Origin: Eledone cirrhosa
Lineage: Eukaryota
Length of the DNA stretch: 64,000 nt
Direction: 5' to 3'
NCBI GenBank assembly: GCA_964016885.1
Contig: OZ024749.1
Location: 44,826,001-44,890,000, forward strand
Both the position numbers and the translations under genes were made by a program. Positions 1 through 14,050 of this stretch are shown here, one piece after another (the stretch's first letter is position 1; every line of letters begins with the position of its first letter). The notes below the pieces were generated by a model. That model was not told where the DNA came from. It searched no databases and was given only the letters and a program-made list of their open reading frames with translations.

Positions 1-1306
1 GATATGAACTAGTTTTAAAGTAAGACAGTTTTTAAAAGTCTTTTTCATATATAAAGTCCCGATGAAAGAATCCGTGAGATTTCATGTTGAAAGCAACTGT
101 AATAACTAACATTAGCAGTTATCATCTTCGAAAACTATATTTAACAATATATTTCTTAATATCGGACAGAAGGTTGCAGATAATACTGAATAAAATAGCA
201 ATGCGCATATTTTTAGGCAATAATGTGGTGTTTAAATTTTGGTGAAGTATTTAATGATCTAGTTTCTATATAATGCTTCTATTGAAAACCCTTTTAAATT
301 TATTAATACTAATATTACAAAATTAGATTGTTCAATAAGTAATCTATTAAAATCTCAGGTGACCAATCTAAGTAATCATACACACTGCTAGACGCACCCC
401 CCCCCCTCACACACATAGACACACACATACAGATATATATATATATATATATACATTCATGTGCGTTCGAGTATATATATTAAATAGCTACCTACTTTTT
501 CCAATGAACATTTTGGATAATGTAATTAGGATGAGAAGATTAGTATTCCTTTGCTCATAGATCTGGGACTAAGAAACTGAGTAATACTTAAATTACTTGG
601 CCCAGTAGCTTTTACAGAACCGTTAGAATAACGAAAAAAAGCCCATGATATTTTCCAATGAGTGTTCGCTGACTTCAGAGTTCAATGTTCAATATTTTCC
701 CGGATAAAATTTGGTTTAGAACCACTTACGTTTTCCAAATATGTAATAATTATGCACATGCGTCATGCGAATCACAGAGGACATATTCCCGTTTTTATTC
801 CAACTTAAAAATACATTACAGCTTCAAATTTCTTGAATTTCTCAGGTGATGTCGATGTCTAAATTACAAATATAGCAACAGATTATATTCAGTAGCCGCA
901 TATAAATAGGAAATCTTGATATCTATACTCGATATTTATAACTCTCAACAGCCCATGCCATCTAGCTGTAAATATATTCCATTTCTTGGTACACTGCGGT
1001 ATCTTATCAAGTAAGAGTATGTATTAATTGATAATTCACTATATATTTTCACTTAGAGCAGCACTGTATCATTTTATTGTTTCTATAAGAAGTTTATGTT
1101 GCAAAGAAAAAAAAAGTACTGAGATCGTATTCTTCCTTTCTTAAGTTTGAAATTGACAATGGAGACCCAGCCAAAATTCTCCTCTCGTAGAGACCTGACT
1201 CTGGCATGATAAATAGAATTTCTATTTCCTACCGATCCATTGGTCTTTACGAAGCTGTTGCTAAAACTTCAAAAATAATAATCATACCAACTGTAATATT
1301 TGTTTC

Positions 1307-1356
1307 ACTTTTGACAGCTTGAGACAAAATACTTTTGACAGCTTGAGACAAAATAC
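1307..1356. repeat. 25-bp tandem duplication
   Basis: ACTTTTGACAGCTTGAGACAAAATA occurs twice head-to-tail. Confidence 0.85.
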
Positions 1357-2871
1357 AAGACTAATGTTTTATTATCATAGTTGATGTATTATTTTGACTT
1401 CATTCGTGCTTTTCAACCCCCGAACTAACAATAAATAAGGCTACAAAAAAACCAAAAAAACCCACAAATACTAAATTTCCTGTTAGATTTGTAATTCTGG
1501 GATGATTGTTTTAAGAAGAAAAAAACAATGTTACATACAACTTCATTATCATAGTTATTGTTGTGACTTTTAGTAAAAGGTTATCACTCGAAAATCGGAA
1601 ACTTTAAAACTCCATCAAACATGTATGTGGTACATTCTTTCTCGATGTCACTAAGTGCTAATTGCCCTTTCCAAAAATATAGGGCTTTGATCTACATCAC
1701 ATGAACCCAATGTTATTCGCTCTCATTTTTCATAACCATAAACACACGACTGATGAAGTTGCACAGATTCGCAACGAAAGGGGGGTGAAATTATTAGCTT
1801 GTATATAATTTATATAGATCTTCAAACAATTGAAATACAAAAGCATTGTGTGAAAAATAATCACAAAAAATATATAAAAGACAGCTATGAAATATTATTA
1901 TAAAACTATTCATGATATTAATATGAAATTTGTGAAGAAAGTAAATTTTAATAGAATTTAATAAATTATATCTTTAGGCATGATATTAAAAAATGGAAAA
2001 TAAAATGAAGAAAAGAACTTCTCTCTTGAAAACCCGGGAAAACTCAGCAAGAGACCGTGCTTGGCTTTAAGAACCTTTTACTGGCATTACAAAAGTTATG
2101 ATCACGCGTATTCAGATTTCCGTGTTCAATTGCGGAAACAGTGACAACTAAATTGACACGCCCTTTTTGTATCATCGCCGTCAAAAACCGCAGCGACAGG
2201 CGGACGTCACGCCCGTGTTCTTGGTAATACACACAGGACCTGGCGATACCACGTAAGAATCCGGTACCCTCAGAAAAGACGAATACCCAACGAGTATCAG
2301 GTAGTAAGTAGGAGGATGGTGGTAATTGTTGTAGAAATGAAGTTGACGTTGAAGCTGGTAACCATGACGGCGGCTAAAGTGACGGATGATGGGTGATGAT
2401 AATGATTATGATGACGATGAATCTGTTGGTGCTGGTGGTGGTGATGGTGTTGGTGTTAGTGTTGGCATTACAGTTAAGGTTTTGGTTTAGAAAATTATCA
2501 GCAACTAAAATTTCAAATGACGAAAATAATCAATTGTCATGCAGTGGACCTCCAGGATATGTTTCTATTTTGGTTACTTAGAAACGTGTGTATTCTGACC
2601 AATTACATGGAACTCTGTGTGTGAGATATTGTGGTTCTATGGTTAGATTAACTTAGGTTACGTTAGCTTAGGTTCGGTAAAGATTTGCACGCATGAAATT
2701 ATTGTACAGATATATAAACTTAGCGATAGGCTACATGAATTTTCGTAACATTTTGCAAATAGAAAGCAATATGGAGCGAGTATGATCCTCATATGTACGA
2801 ATGTGAGAGAATGGCACACACACACGCGCGCCATAACACACATATATATATATGATATATCATCGCCTCTC

Positions 2872-2947
<76 letters not shown>

Positions 2948-3165
2948 CTCGCTATATATATATTTTTTTTTCTGTGTGTGCATGTGTAGGCTTAGACATA
3001 AACGGGGATATGTATAGAATACCGTACATAAGAAATCTCAATCAGTCTGGAGCATAAGTTAAGGTTTCCTGCTAGAGAACCAAGAACGTGATCTTGTTTC
3101 CTGAATTCATTGACTCAATTTTAAATCAGATTAGAAAAGACATGTATGTTACAACACTCACCTTA

Positions 3166-3249
<84 letters not shown>

Positions 3250-3330
3250 GTGTATGTATATATATATATATACATGCATATATACATGTATGTATATACA
3301 TATACCTTCATATATATATATATATATACA

Positions 3331-3364
<34 letters not shown>

Positions 3365-3472
3365 GTATATATTTCCTCCAAGCGTGAACCTAATATGACT
3401 ATATTTGCATCCTTGTATTTGTTTTATTTGTTATCTACTATATATATAGTAACAATATATATATATATACAC

Positions 3473-3532
<60 letters not shown>

Positions 3533-4232
3533 GGCTGTATCTGTGCATGTGTGTGTGTGTGTGTACCTATGTATTTATATATATGCATACATGTATGTGT
3601 ACAGGTTAGTGTGATGGATGTGTATGATAATAAATTGAACATGTAGAAACATCAGAGGTTTCAGGTTGATATAAATACAATGTGAGACAGGACGTTGTGT
3701 GATTACTGACAAAGGAACACCTTAAAAGAAATGGCCAAAGAATGAAGAGATAAGACGATTTGTTAAGCAAGATTTCATCAATCAATTCGAGAACGTAACT
3801 GCTTTTTTTAAATATATTGCTTCTGTGTTGAAGTTGTTGCTGCTGTTGCTTATGCTACTGTTGTTGTTGTTGCTATTTGTAGGAAGGGAAGCAACAACAT
3901 GAGTTTCAGTCCTGACTCGCTTTCCTTACGTTCTTACTCTTTCACTGCAGTCCGTCGTTTCTGATGAGGGCACCAGACAAGACCAAACGAACGTTTTTCA
4001 TTTAACTTCTACTAGCTGAAGCAATGTGTACATCCTGAAAACATTTGAGGGAATTACATCACTACTTTTAAGATATTTACTTATACATTCAGACACATTT
4101 AAACTACAAGTAGCACTAGAAAGTTATAACGTAGTTTTTTTTGGGGGGAGGGGGCTTGGGGCGTGGGCGGGGGGGGGGGGGGGGGGGGCTTAATGAGGCC
4201 TAGCAGACACCAATACTATACTTCCTTCACTA

Positions 4233-4424
4233 TATGAGGTTCGACTGAAGAGTTCATAGGCTGACAAATATATTTTTATAGAATAAATAAATAAGATTTT
4301 TTTCTCAACACAGTCTCTGGAAAGTAACAATGCAGTTATTAAGGGGTGAAATTATGGGGCATGCAAGATTTGACAGATCTAGCAACATCCTTCATGGTCA
4401 ACATATGAACGTATCAGCCTCATA
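4233..4424. mobile_element. Tc1/mariner-type MITE (degenerate)
   Basis: Left end TATGAGGTTCGACTGAAGAGTTCATAGGCTGAC and right end GGTCAACATATGAACGTATCAGCCTCATA are imperfect inverted repeats bounded by TA; a related TIR occurs at 8006-8039. Confidence 0.6.
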
Positions 4425-4531
4425 AGCTCAGTGAGCGAAACCTGATGGTTTTCATAATAAAACAGGAGCGAATTTATTGAAAATTCCTTAGAGATATTAC
4501 AATGTTAGTTTCTCGATGATCTGCCTTGTTA

Positions 4532-4588
<57 letters not shown>

Positions 4589-4845
4589 CTTCTAAGTTTA
4601 ATTTTACACCTAATTGTGTATGGTTGATGATATATTTAGTCAGTTTCTACATGCTGTCGAAATGTTGGATAAATACTCGATTGGGGCCACCGCGAAGAGG
4701 CTACGTTCGGTTATTTGTCGGAGATTTCTACATAGGAGCCTTTCTTCTTATAGCTTGATCTAATTGATTTTTTATATTGTTAATTATGCTAATTAGAAGA
4801 AGAAATAGTATATATTTTATCTGATCATTCTAAAGACATGATTTA

Positions 4846-4896
<51 letters not shown>

Positions 4897-5029
4897 CCAC
4901 GCACGATTTGAACATTGAATGATACCCATGAAATTTCAGTATTTCTATGCGTTAAGAAATCGCTAAATACAACCCAAAACACCCCCACGTACAGTCCCAA
5001 TCCTCACACATACTAACACACATACACAA

Positions 5030-5074
<45 letters not shown>

Positions 5075-5939
5075 ACTTACTTATTACATACACACACGTA
5101 TGTATATATATACATAGAAATTACTTAAACATCTTTTTCCCTTTTTTCGGAGATTCACTGCCAACACTCATCCATTGTTACAATTACGCTTCTATAATAC
5201 TACAGAGATCCCAGTCTGTATAGAAACGGAACAGAATGCCAAAATCCGACGTGTTTGGATCCAAGCAAGAGATTTATGGAACTAATATGAAATCCAAGAG
5301 CGGGAAATCATTGCACTTTGGAAGTATTTTCTGTTTGTTGTTTTTTTTTTCTTTTCTGTGTATTCTTTTTTCATCTTGGAACGTAGTCAGGAATGGTAGA
5401 AGCTATATTTTAAGTTCAACAAAACAACATGGAATATACCCCCTGCAGAAATCAAATGGAATATCGTAAAACATAAATTAAGAAAGGAAATACAAAAAAA
5501 GGAAAAAAAAGAAAATATATAGTGTGTGAAAATATGACTAGAAAGAGAATGTTGCAACAGAAATGTGAGTCAGAATCTAAAGAAGTTTTGTGGGAACTGA
5601 AACAGTGAGAGAGATATAGAGTGATATAGATAAATAGATAGTTAGGGAGTGATAACATTGAGTGGAGAAGAAGAAGAAGAAGAAGGTTGACAAAATCATT
5701 TATCGAATATTTACTAACTTATACCCCGGACATTCAGCTACCTTGTACGTATGACTTTGTGGGTACAAATGTATTGTCGTGTCGAGGATGTTCCGTGTTC
5801 AACTGTGTCTTCAGATAATCCATCGTCAAACATATATCATCATCACTTCCATGTTGTATTGAGAGTTGTATTGTCATAACCTCTACAGTGATGGTCATAA
5901 TTTCTTTCGCTATACAATCATTATTATTGTATATAAAAT

Positions 5940-6132
5940 GGGCGGCGGATTGGCAGTATCGGTAGAGGGTCGGACTCCATGCCTAGGCGCATAGAGTTAC
6001 GGCCCTTGCCTTTCTGAGTTCAAATCCCGCTGAGGTTAACTTTGCCTTTCATCCTTACAGCATCGATAAGATGAAGTACCAGTAATGCAGTGGGTATTTG
6101 CTGGCCTTGTGCTAATAGTAGAAACAATTATT
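5940..6132 (+). mobile_element. tRNA-derived SINE, short 3' form
   Basis: A-box TGGCAGTATCGG, B-box GAGTTCAAATCC, body GCCTTTCATCCTTAC...AGTACCAG, tail GAAACAATTATT; TSD ATTATTGTAWATAAAA at 5923-5938 and 6127-6142. Confidence 0.9.
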
Positions 6133-7453
6133 GTAAATAAAAGGAAATTAAAGAAATCATTTTTTAATCAAGTCTATATCCATTTTGAGTTCAAATCTCG
6201 ATAATAATAAAAGGTACGTATGTTGGACATAATAGAAACATCTAGGTAGTGATTCGTTCTTCGGAGTTATTACGTAAATCTTTTGTCAAATGATATTTTA
6301 CTGGTTTATTAAAAAAGTATAAATGGAGTGGATAATGTAGTTTTAGATAGACCGTGTCTGAAATAAAAACACACAGGTGGATTCGAACTAATTTGTTACA
6401 AATCCCGTCGATATGGTCCAACGTTGGGCAAAACAACAGCGATAATAACAACTTCATTTTCACCGCCAACAACAACAAAAATAATGTTATATGTGTATTT
6501 ATAATTATTACGTTGAGTGTACCATGATGTAATTATTTTCATCACGACACATGATCACATGATCTCAGATCAAATCACTTGCCAAACAAGTGCAACGACA
6601 GGATAAATATGTCAACAACACCAGAAGAAAAACAAATTATTATTGGTTTCTGTGTTTAAAGAGATAATTGTAGAAAAGAATTAACACACACACATACACT
6701 GGTCCATACACTCACACATAGACACACACAGCGATACACTGAGAGTGAAATACACACACAGATATATACACTCATACATACATACATACACATACACACA
6801 GACACACATACAAAACATAAACGAAAGAGAAGGCTAAATAAAGACAAAAAATATTGAAGAAGACAACATTTCGTGTTCTCAATGACACGTTTGAAATAAA
6901 AGCTGTTCCGGAAATGCATAATGATATATTCTCTACCACATATATGGTGCTTAACAGATTCATCATACTCAGTGTAAATATACAGAGTAAGAAGACGAGT
7001 GTGAGAGAGTCAGAGATAAAGAAAGATTATGTGTGATAGAAAGAGTGGGACAGTGCGAAGTAGAAAAAAATGATGCGTGGCTGTATGTATGAACAGATTG
7101 AAGGAAATTACATAGTGTCACACTTATCCCCGATAGAATGCATTAGGCATTCACAGTCAAACCGCGATATGAAATAATTGATATTGTACCAATGTACTTA
7201 ATGACAAACGTAACCCTAGGCGTCCATATAACATGCATTCATATATATATATATGTGTGAATGAAGTAATTCCGTCGGAAAAGTCCATATAGCTCGCTTT
7301 TTTGTTTTTAAGATCCAAATTCAATAAACAAACCAGGATTTTTTCATTCTGAGGATTGAAAGCAAAACCTTTTGCTTTTAAGAAACCACTGGTAAATGGA
7401 ATAATTGCCTTATGTTGTTTATTACATAATAATAAATGCATTCATATATATAT

Positions 7454-7615
7454 ATATTTATTAAAATAACAGATTAAAGTTTAAGCAACGAATCGTTGCT
7501 TTCACCTTTAATCTGTTATTTTAATAAATATTTGCTCTAGGGTTCTTATATATTTGATATATATTTATACTTATCGAGTCCTCTTTGGATTTCAGTCTTC
7601 ACATTTATTATTAAA
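7454..7615 (+). mobile_element. PLE-like fold-back cassette, family C (hammerhead 3' half)
   Basis: Perfect 26-bp IR 7454-7479/7506-7531; minus strand reads GAAA-GCAACGATTCGTTGC-TT-AAAC; homologous to 20763-20941 and 13966-14050; flanked by (TA)n. Confidence 0.6.
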
Positions 7616-7634
7616 ACTATATATATATATATAT

Positions 7635-7791
7635 CAAAGTTGGTGTGGTAAGATACCAGGTGGACCATAAAGCACCAGAGTACTCAATACTTAGGATAGT
7701 AGAGTAGTATGAAAAGAGTCAGGACCCTGACGGCTGTCGGATCTAGCTGTTGAAACGGCCGGAGCTCAGCCATCGGGGTCCTGATTCTTTC

Positions 7792-7792
<1 letters not shown>
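7635..7792 (-). mobile_element. PLE-like fold-back cassette, family A2 (degenerate)
   Basis: Homologous to 31429-31643 and 63505-63670; inverted arm contains GAAACGGCCGGAGCTCAGCCATCGGGGTCC; next to (TA)n. Confidence 0.7.
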
Positions 7793-7870
<78 letters not shown>

Positions 7871-8005
7871 GTGTAGATGTATGTGTATGAATGAAATTGG
7901 TCGATTTTGCAAAACACGTACGACCCTATGTCCCTCCCCTCAGATATATGTAATCGAATCCTAATAAGGTCCAGGTTAAATTTAATTGTTTCATGAGAGT
8001 ATTAT

Positions 8006-8039
8006 GGTCGGCCTATGAACCTTTTAGCTGACACTCGTA
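8006..8039. mobile_element. Solo mariner-type TIR
   Basis: GGTCGGCCTATGAACCTTTTAGCTGACACTCGTA resembles the reverse complement of the 4233 MITE end. Confidence 0.45.
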
Positions 8040-8413
8040 TATATTGCGTTGTTGATATTGTTTATTCAAGTTATATTTATCTAGACAGCAATATTTAATT
8101 TATGTGTTATTTTAACTCAATATATTTATATAGTGTCGTATTGATTATAGCAGACATCTGATACATGCTTCCTTCAGAATTGTTTCCGCCGTATAAGGTT
8201 CCGTGTTAGTTTGTATTTTTACTTCGTATGATATCAAGTTTGTAGTGAATTAAAATTCTTTATTTTTGTTATATTTAGGCTTGACACACTTGGCTGCATG
8301 CTGTTAGGATACTTGGGCTCACTGGGACTTATGATTTCGTAAATTTCGGGAGATACCTAAAAAGGAGTAAGTCATGGCTGAATTACACAATTAGTGGATT
8401 GGATGAAAATAAT

Positions 8414-8480
<67 letters not shown>

Positions 8481-8484
<4 letters not shown>

Positions 8485-8555
8485 GAGGGTGGACTATAAC
8501 GCACCAGGGTACTCAATACTTAGGGTAGTAGATTTGGTATCTAACTCTTTTTCTA
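8481..8555 (-). mobile_element. Family A extension fragment
   Basis: GGACTATAACGCACCAGGGTACTCAATACTTAGGGTAGTAGA matches the family A long arm; lies between (TA)n tracts. Confidence 0.65.
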
Positions 8556-8706
8556 TATATATAAATATTCTGTAACCGCTGCTGGGCAATATTTCCTCCT
8601 TTAAATGTATTTTATTTGAATTTCTAAGGAATGTTTACAGCTATTTCCCTGCATCCGATATTTTCTTCTACTTTTCTAAGTATTACAACATACTCCATGC
8701 CCCAGT

Positions 8707-8767
<61 letters not shown>

Positions 8768-9419
8768 TATGATATATGATAAAGAGAAAAAGCTAAGTGA
8801 GAGACGACGTGCAGGAGGGTTGCATTTATTTTGTGAAGCCATATTAATATGTATATCTGAATATATACCAATGGCTAACAGAACTAATTTAAAAGCATAT
8901 ATGTTTTGAAGTCTTAATGTTTGTGGATATGTGAATACGTAATATATATAAATGCATTCATACATATGGATTTGTGTGAGTATATTTGCATGAATATATA
9001 TATGTGTGTATTTGTGTGTTTATATATATATATATATATATGCATGTTTTGTATGTATGTGTGTGGGTGTTTTGGGGATGTTTATTATTATGTATTTACG
9101 CTGTAAAACACAACTTTAAATCCTGTAATGAATTAATGCTTCAATTTCGTGTTTTCCTTTTGTAATGTATGCAGTTAATTTGGTCTGCTTTTTCTTCTTC
9201 CGTTGCCTAATTTTCCAATATGTTTCTATAATATAATATATATATATTCCACCAAATCTAATAATACATTATATTTCCTTCGTGTAAATAAGTCTATTTC
9301 CAAACACACATACGAAAACCTGCATAGATAGATATATAAACTATACGAATACACACAAACATACATATATAATACATACATTCATATATGTATGTATGTA
9401 TATATGTATATATATATAC

Positions 9420-9513
<94 letters not shown>

Positions 9514-9614
9514 ATATATATACATATATACATATATATATACATATATATATATATACGTATATATATATGTATATATCTATATATGTATATATATATA
9601 TATTTATATATATA

Positions 9615-9691
<77 letters not shown>

Positions 9692-9807
9692 TATGTATAT
9701 ATATATAGACATATATAAATAAATATATATATAGAGATATATATGCATTAATATATATATATATATTATATATATGCATATATATATTATATATATATAT
9801 GTATATA

Positions 9808-9893
<86 letters not shown>

Positions 9894-10411
9894 ATGTATA
9901 TATATATAGATGCATATATTCATAGATAAATAGATAGATAGAATGATATTTATATTTAGCTTTTATTTAGTCATTTTGTTTGTGAGACTTTTCGTTTTAA
10001 TTTTCTCTTGGAACTGCTGTAAGTTGTATTTTGTCATTATTGATTAATTGTAGTAATATTAATGTAAATTTTTATTTCGCTACTTTTGCTTCATATATAA
10101 TCTTGCTCGTTGATTTCTATGTTTGCTAACAATCTTATTTTCTTCCTATTATAAATTCTGTGATAACTCCGCATTGATTTAAATTTAAATTTGATTTACT
10201 GACTGACAGTTATAAAAGAACATTAAAAATGCTTCGAGTCTAAATATCTAAATATCTAAGGAGGATAATGTATGTTCTTCTCTTTTAATTCCGTCTCACT
10301 CCATCACTATGTTTCTCTACCTTCCCCCTTGGATCTTACGTTTTCTCTCACTCCCATATATGTAATATATTTACACATGAATAGATCAAGCACATACACA
10401 CATATATGTAC

Positions 10412-10599
<188 letters not shown>

Positions 10600-10676
10600 A
10601 TTTAAATGTTGATATATATGCTGATTTAAAACTGCACTATTCACAAGTGTGTTTTAACCTTCATATCATGTCTCCC

Positions 10677-10747
10677 TATTTTATCTGACGAAAACGCAAA
10701 TGTTTTTGCATGATGATATTTGTTTTTGAAATGCGCATAATAAGATA
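10677..10747 (+). ncRNA. Minimal type I hammerhead ribozyme (family B)
   Basis: Stem I TATTTTAT/ATAAGATA; CTGACGA 10685-10691; stem II AAACGCAAAT...ATTTGTTTTT; GAAA 10728-10731; palindromic ATGCGCAT stem III; AUA triplet. Downstream GGAACTCTTTTAACCATC is shared with 20711. Confidence 0.75.
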
Positions 10748-10775
10748 CATGGAACTCTTTTAACCATCTTTTGAT

Positions 10776-10831
<56 letters not shown>

Positions 10832-11054
10832 TATACACACATATGATCACAAATTTTCTGATGATTACTTACGAATGAAACAGCACTAGTCCTGTGAAAG
10901 TCTTTTCTAAAATAATAATAATATATATACGTATATAATTGTGAGGTGTTTACGGCTGCAAGAACGAATACTCCTAGTGATGCAAAGTTTAAAAACATAT
11001 TGAATTATGGCTAAGTGATGAGTCTTATTACTCTAAAATGTCGCACACATTCAT

Positions 11055-11126
<72 letters not shown>

Positions 11127-11345
11127 ACACATATACAAATACACACACACATATATATATATGATTACACATGTAATAGCACATACACATACACAGACTC
11201 ACATTCCCATATATATTTACATACACACATGTATTTGTATGTATGTGTATTGATGTATGGTCATGTGTGTGAATCTTTATGAATTTATTTACAAACATGA
11301 TAGAAATCTATACAATGCCTATCGTACATTGAACCTATGGCTTAT

Positions 11346-11532
11346 AATAATTGTTTCTACGTTAGGCACAAGGCCAGCAAATACCCAGTGCATTACTGGT
11401 ACTTTATTTTATCGACCCCGTAAGGATGAAAGGCAAAGTCAACCTCGGCGGATTTGAACTCAGATCGTAAAGGGACGTAACTATGCTGGAAAGCATGGCG
11501 TCCGACCCTCTACCGATACTGCCAATGCACCA
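11346..11532 (-). mobile_element. tRNA-derived SINE, short form
   Basis: Full reverse complement of the 5940 family. Confidence 0.9.
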
Positions 11533-11628
11533 GGTTATAACCATAGTCAATAAGGGCAGAATATTGTACAGAATGAAGTTCATATCTAACTTGATTGTTA
11601 ATCTAACTTCTATTATTATGAAATATGT

Positions 11629-11820
11629 TGGTGGATTGGCAGTATCGGTAGAGAGTCAGACACCATGATTTGAAGCATAGAGTTACGCCCCTTTATGAGC
11701 TGAGTTCAAATCCCGCCGAGGTTAACTTTGCCTTTCATCCTTACGGGGTCGATAAAATAAAGTACCAGTAATGCACTGGGATAATTGCTGGCCTTGTGCC
11801 TAAAGTAGAAACAATTATTA
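11629..11820 (+). mobile_element. tRNA-derived SINE, short form
   Basis: A/B boxes, body and tail; TSD ATTATTATGAAATATGT at 11612-11628 and 11814-11830. Confidence 0.9.
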
Positions 11821-12206
11821 TGAAATATGTATTATATGAATCTTCCTTGTGGTGTGTATGCTTTGTAAGTTAACTTAATCTTATTTACAAATATAGTAGT
11901 TACTAATGTCTTCTATGTCAGCATATATATACTGTATATATCTTATATATATACTGTATATATATTATATATATATATACCACCTAATTTTCTACGACGA
12001 GATGCAATATGTTGTGTAATATATTGGTTTACTTTCCACTGCGAGGGTAGATTTATGTCCATTGTAATAAGTTATACTTTTTTAATTCACATTATCCTAT
12101 TATCCCGTGTCATCGTCTAACTTTACATTTCGTGATGAATGACTAATGTCCGACATTTTCAGACATTCCTTTTCTGACATATATATATATATATATATAT
12201 AAATAT

Positions 12207-12300
<94 letters not shown>

Positions 12301-12303
<3 letters not shown>

Positions 12304-12513
12304 CGAAGGATATGTGGTAAGGAACCAGATGGACCATAACGCACCAAAGTACTCAATACTTAGGGTAGTAGAGTGGGTAATAGGAACGAGTAGGACCCCG
12401 ACAGCTGAGCTCAAGCCGTTTCGACGGCTAATTCTGGACTAAAATGTCCAGAATTTTAGTCCAGAATTAGCCGTCGAAACGGCTTGAGCTCAGCCGTCGG
12501 GGTCCTACTCGTT

Positions 12514-12518
<5 letters not shown>
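12301..12518 (-). mobile_element. PLE-like fold-back cassette, family A1
   Basis: ~80-bp unique extension plus palindrome ~12380-12518; the right arm reads GAAACGGCTTGAGCTCAGCCGTCGGGGTCC and the left arm is its reverse complement with one substitution; (TA)n on both sides. Confidence 0.8.
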
Positions 12519-12566
<48 letters not shown>

Positions 12567-13702
12567 GTTGAACCTATCGCTTCGGTGATTTCAGGCGTTC
12601 GTGATCTTTGTACCACCTCACTAATCACTGCTCTCGCGTTGGAGTTAACCACCGGCAGTACTGACTGAGGCCAGCAATTTGGAATGACTGTTTCAACGCT
12701 TCTTCCTCGATATACTCCAGAGAAATCCTTCCTCCATCATATACGCTGGGACACTGAGGACGTTCTGCACGATAGAGCGCGTTCTTCCACTGTCCATGCT
12801 CGTATCATAAGTGTAGTGATGATTGAGTATTCTTTCGAATATTTTATATATTTTTCAAAAAATCAAATCGATAAATATTGTACATAACAAAATAATGGTT
12901 TAAAAAAGAGAAAATATTTATAAGCTGGGCATTTTAGATATTTTGGACAACACTATTGATTTAAGACAGAAAAAAAAACCTCCTCCAAAAAACACATTAG
13001 CTAAATCAATAAAAAACAAAGCTAAAGTTATCGACAAAAAATTGAAATATATAAATCCTCGAATGCGTTGCCCCAGCATGGTCATGGACATATTCCAATG
13101 ACTGAAACCTATAAATGAGTAAAAAGTAATAAATAAAAAAGATATATAAATACTCTAAACTAAAATATAATAAAAAGACCCTGCTAAACTGAGTAAGAAA
13201 GAAACAAACAAATATCTTAACTTCACTGACCCTTGTCATTAGTTATTCACTGTGTGTCTTAGTGTGTACGCCGTGTCACCTATTACTAGCTTGTATGGAT
13301 CCAGTTTCTAGCCTAGCATGTATGTCACTTGCCATCTACCCCAGTAACCTCCACCTTCCCGGAGATGTCATATGCACCCTTTAAGCGTTTCTTACTTTTA
13401 TATATATATATATATTTGTTGCTATATATTGTGGGTTTATAGTTGTCTTTTGCTTATTTCCTCTTTTTTTCTTTCGTTCTTTTTTCCCCATTTTTTTGTA
13501 TTGTTTTTCCTATATCGGTTTTTCATTTTTTTTATTTCATTTTCTATTGTTTTTGTGTTTTGTTTTTGTTTTGTCGTGCATCTCCTCAAACCGATCCACC
13601 TGGCATGTTGTTGTAATTACACAGGCATTTCCAACACAACAACGTTTCCATCACAAACACAACACGTACGTATGCGCACACATGTCTATAATTATGTATA
13701 TG

Positions 13703-13754
<52 letters not shown>

Positions 13755-13847
13755 GAGAGAGAGACAGAGAGAAAGAGAGAGAGAGATAGAGAAAGAGAGA
13801 GAAAGAGAGAGAGAGTAAGAGAGAGAGAGAAAGGGAGAGAGAGAGAA

Positions 13848-13878
<31 letters not shown>

Positions 13879-13921
13879 TGTGTGTGTAAGTGTGTGTATG
13901 TGAATGTGTGTGAGCGTATAG

Positions 13922-13965
<44 letters not shown>

Positions 13966-13969
<4 letters not shown>

Positions 13970-14050
13970 ATAAAAATAAATTTGAAGACTAAAATCCAAA
14001 GAAGGCTCGATAAGGATATATCAAATGTATAAGAACCCTAGAGCAAATAT
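13966..14050 (-). mobile_element. Family C extension fragment
   Basis: TTTGAAGACTAAAATCCAAAGAAGGCTCGATAAGGATA...AAGAACCCTAGAGCAAATAT matches 20775-20850; follows (TA)n. Confidence 0.7.

Noticed and set aside
3956-3997. Hammerhead-like CTGATGAGG...CCAAACGAACGTT
   Set aside because: G12 is missing and stem I does not pair; at best an eroded relic.
5940-6035. tRNA gene suggested by A and B boxes
   Set aside because: No cloverleaf; it is the head of a multi-copy SINE with tail and TSD.
6242-6357. Minus-strand acceptor GTTTTTATTTCAG with a short open frame
   Set aside because: No donor, no recognisable protein, and such sites are common in AT-rich DNA.
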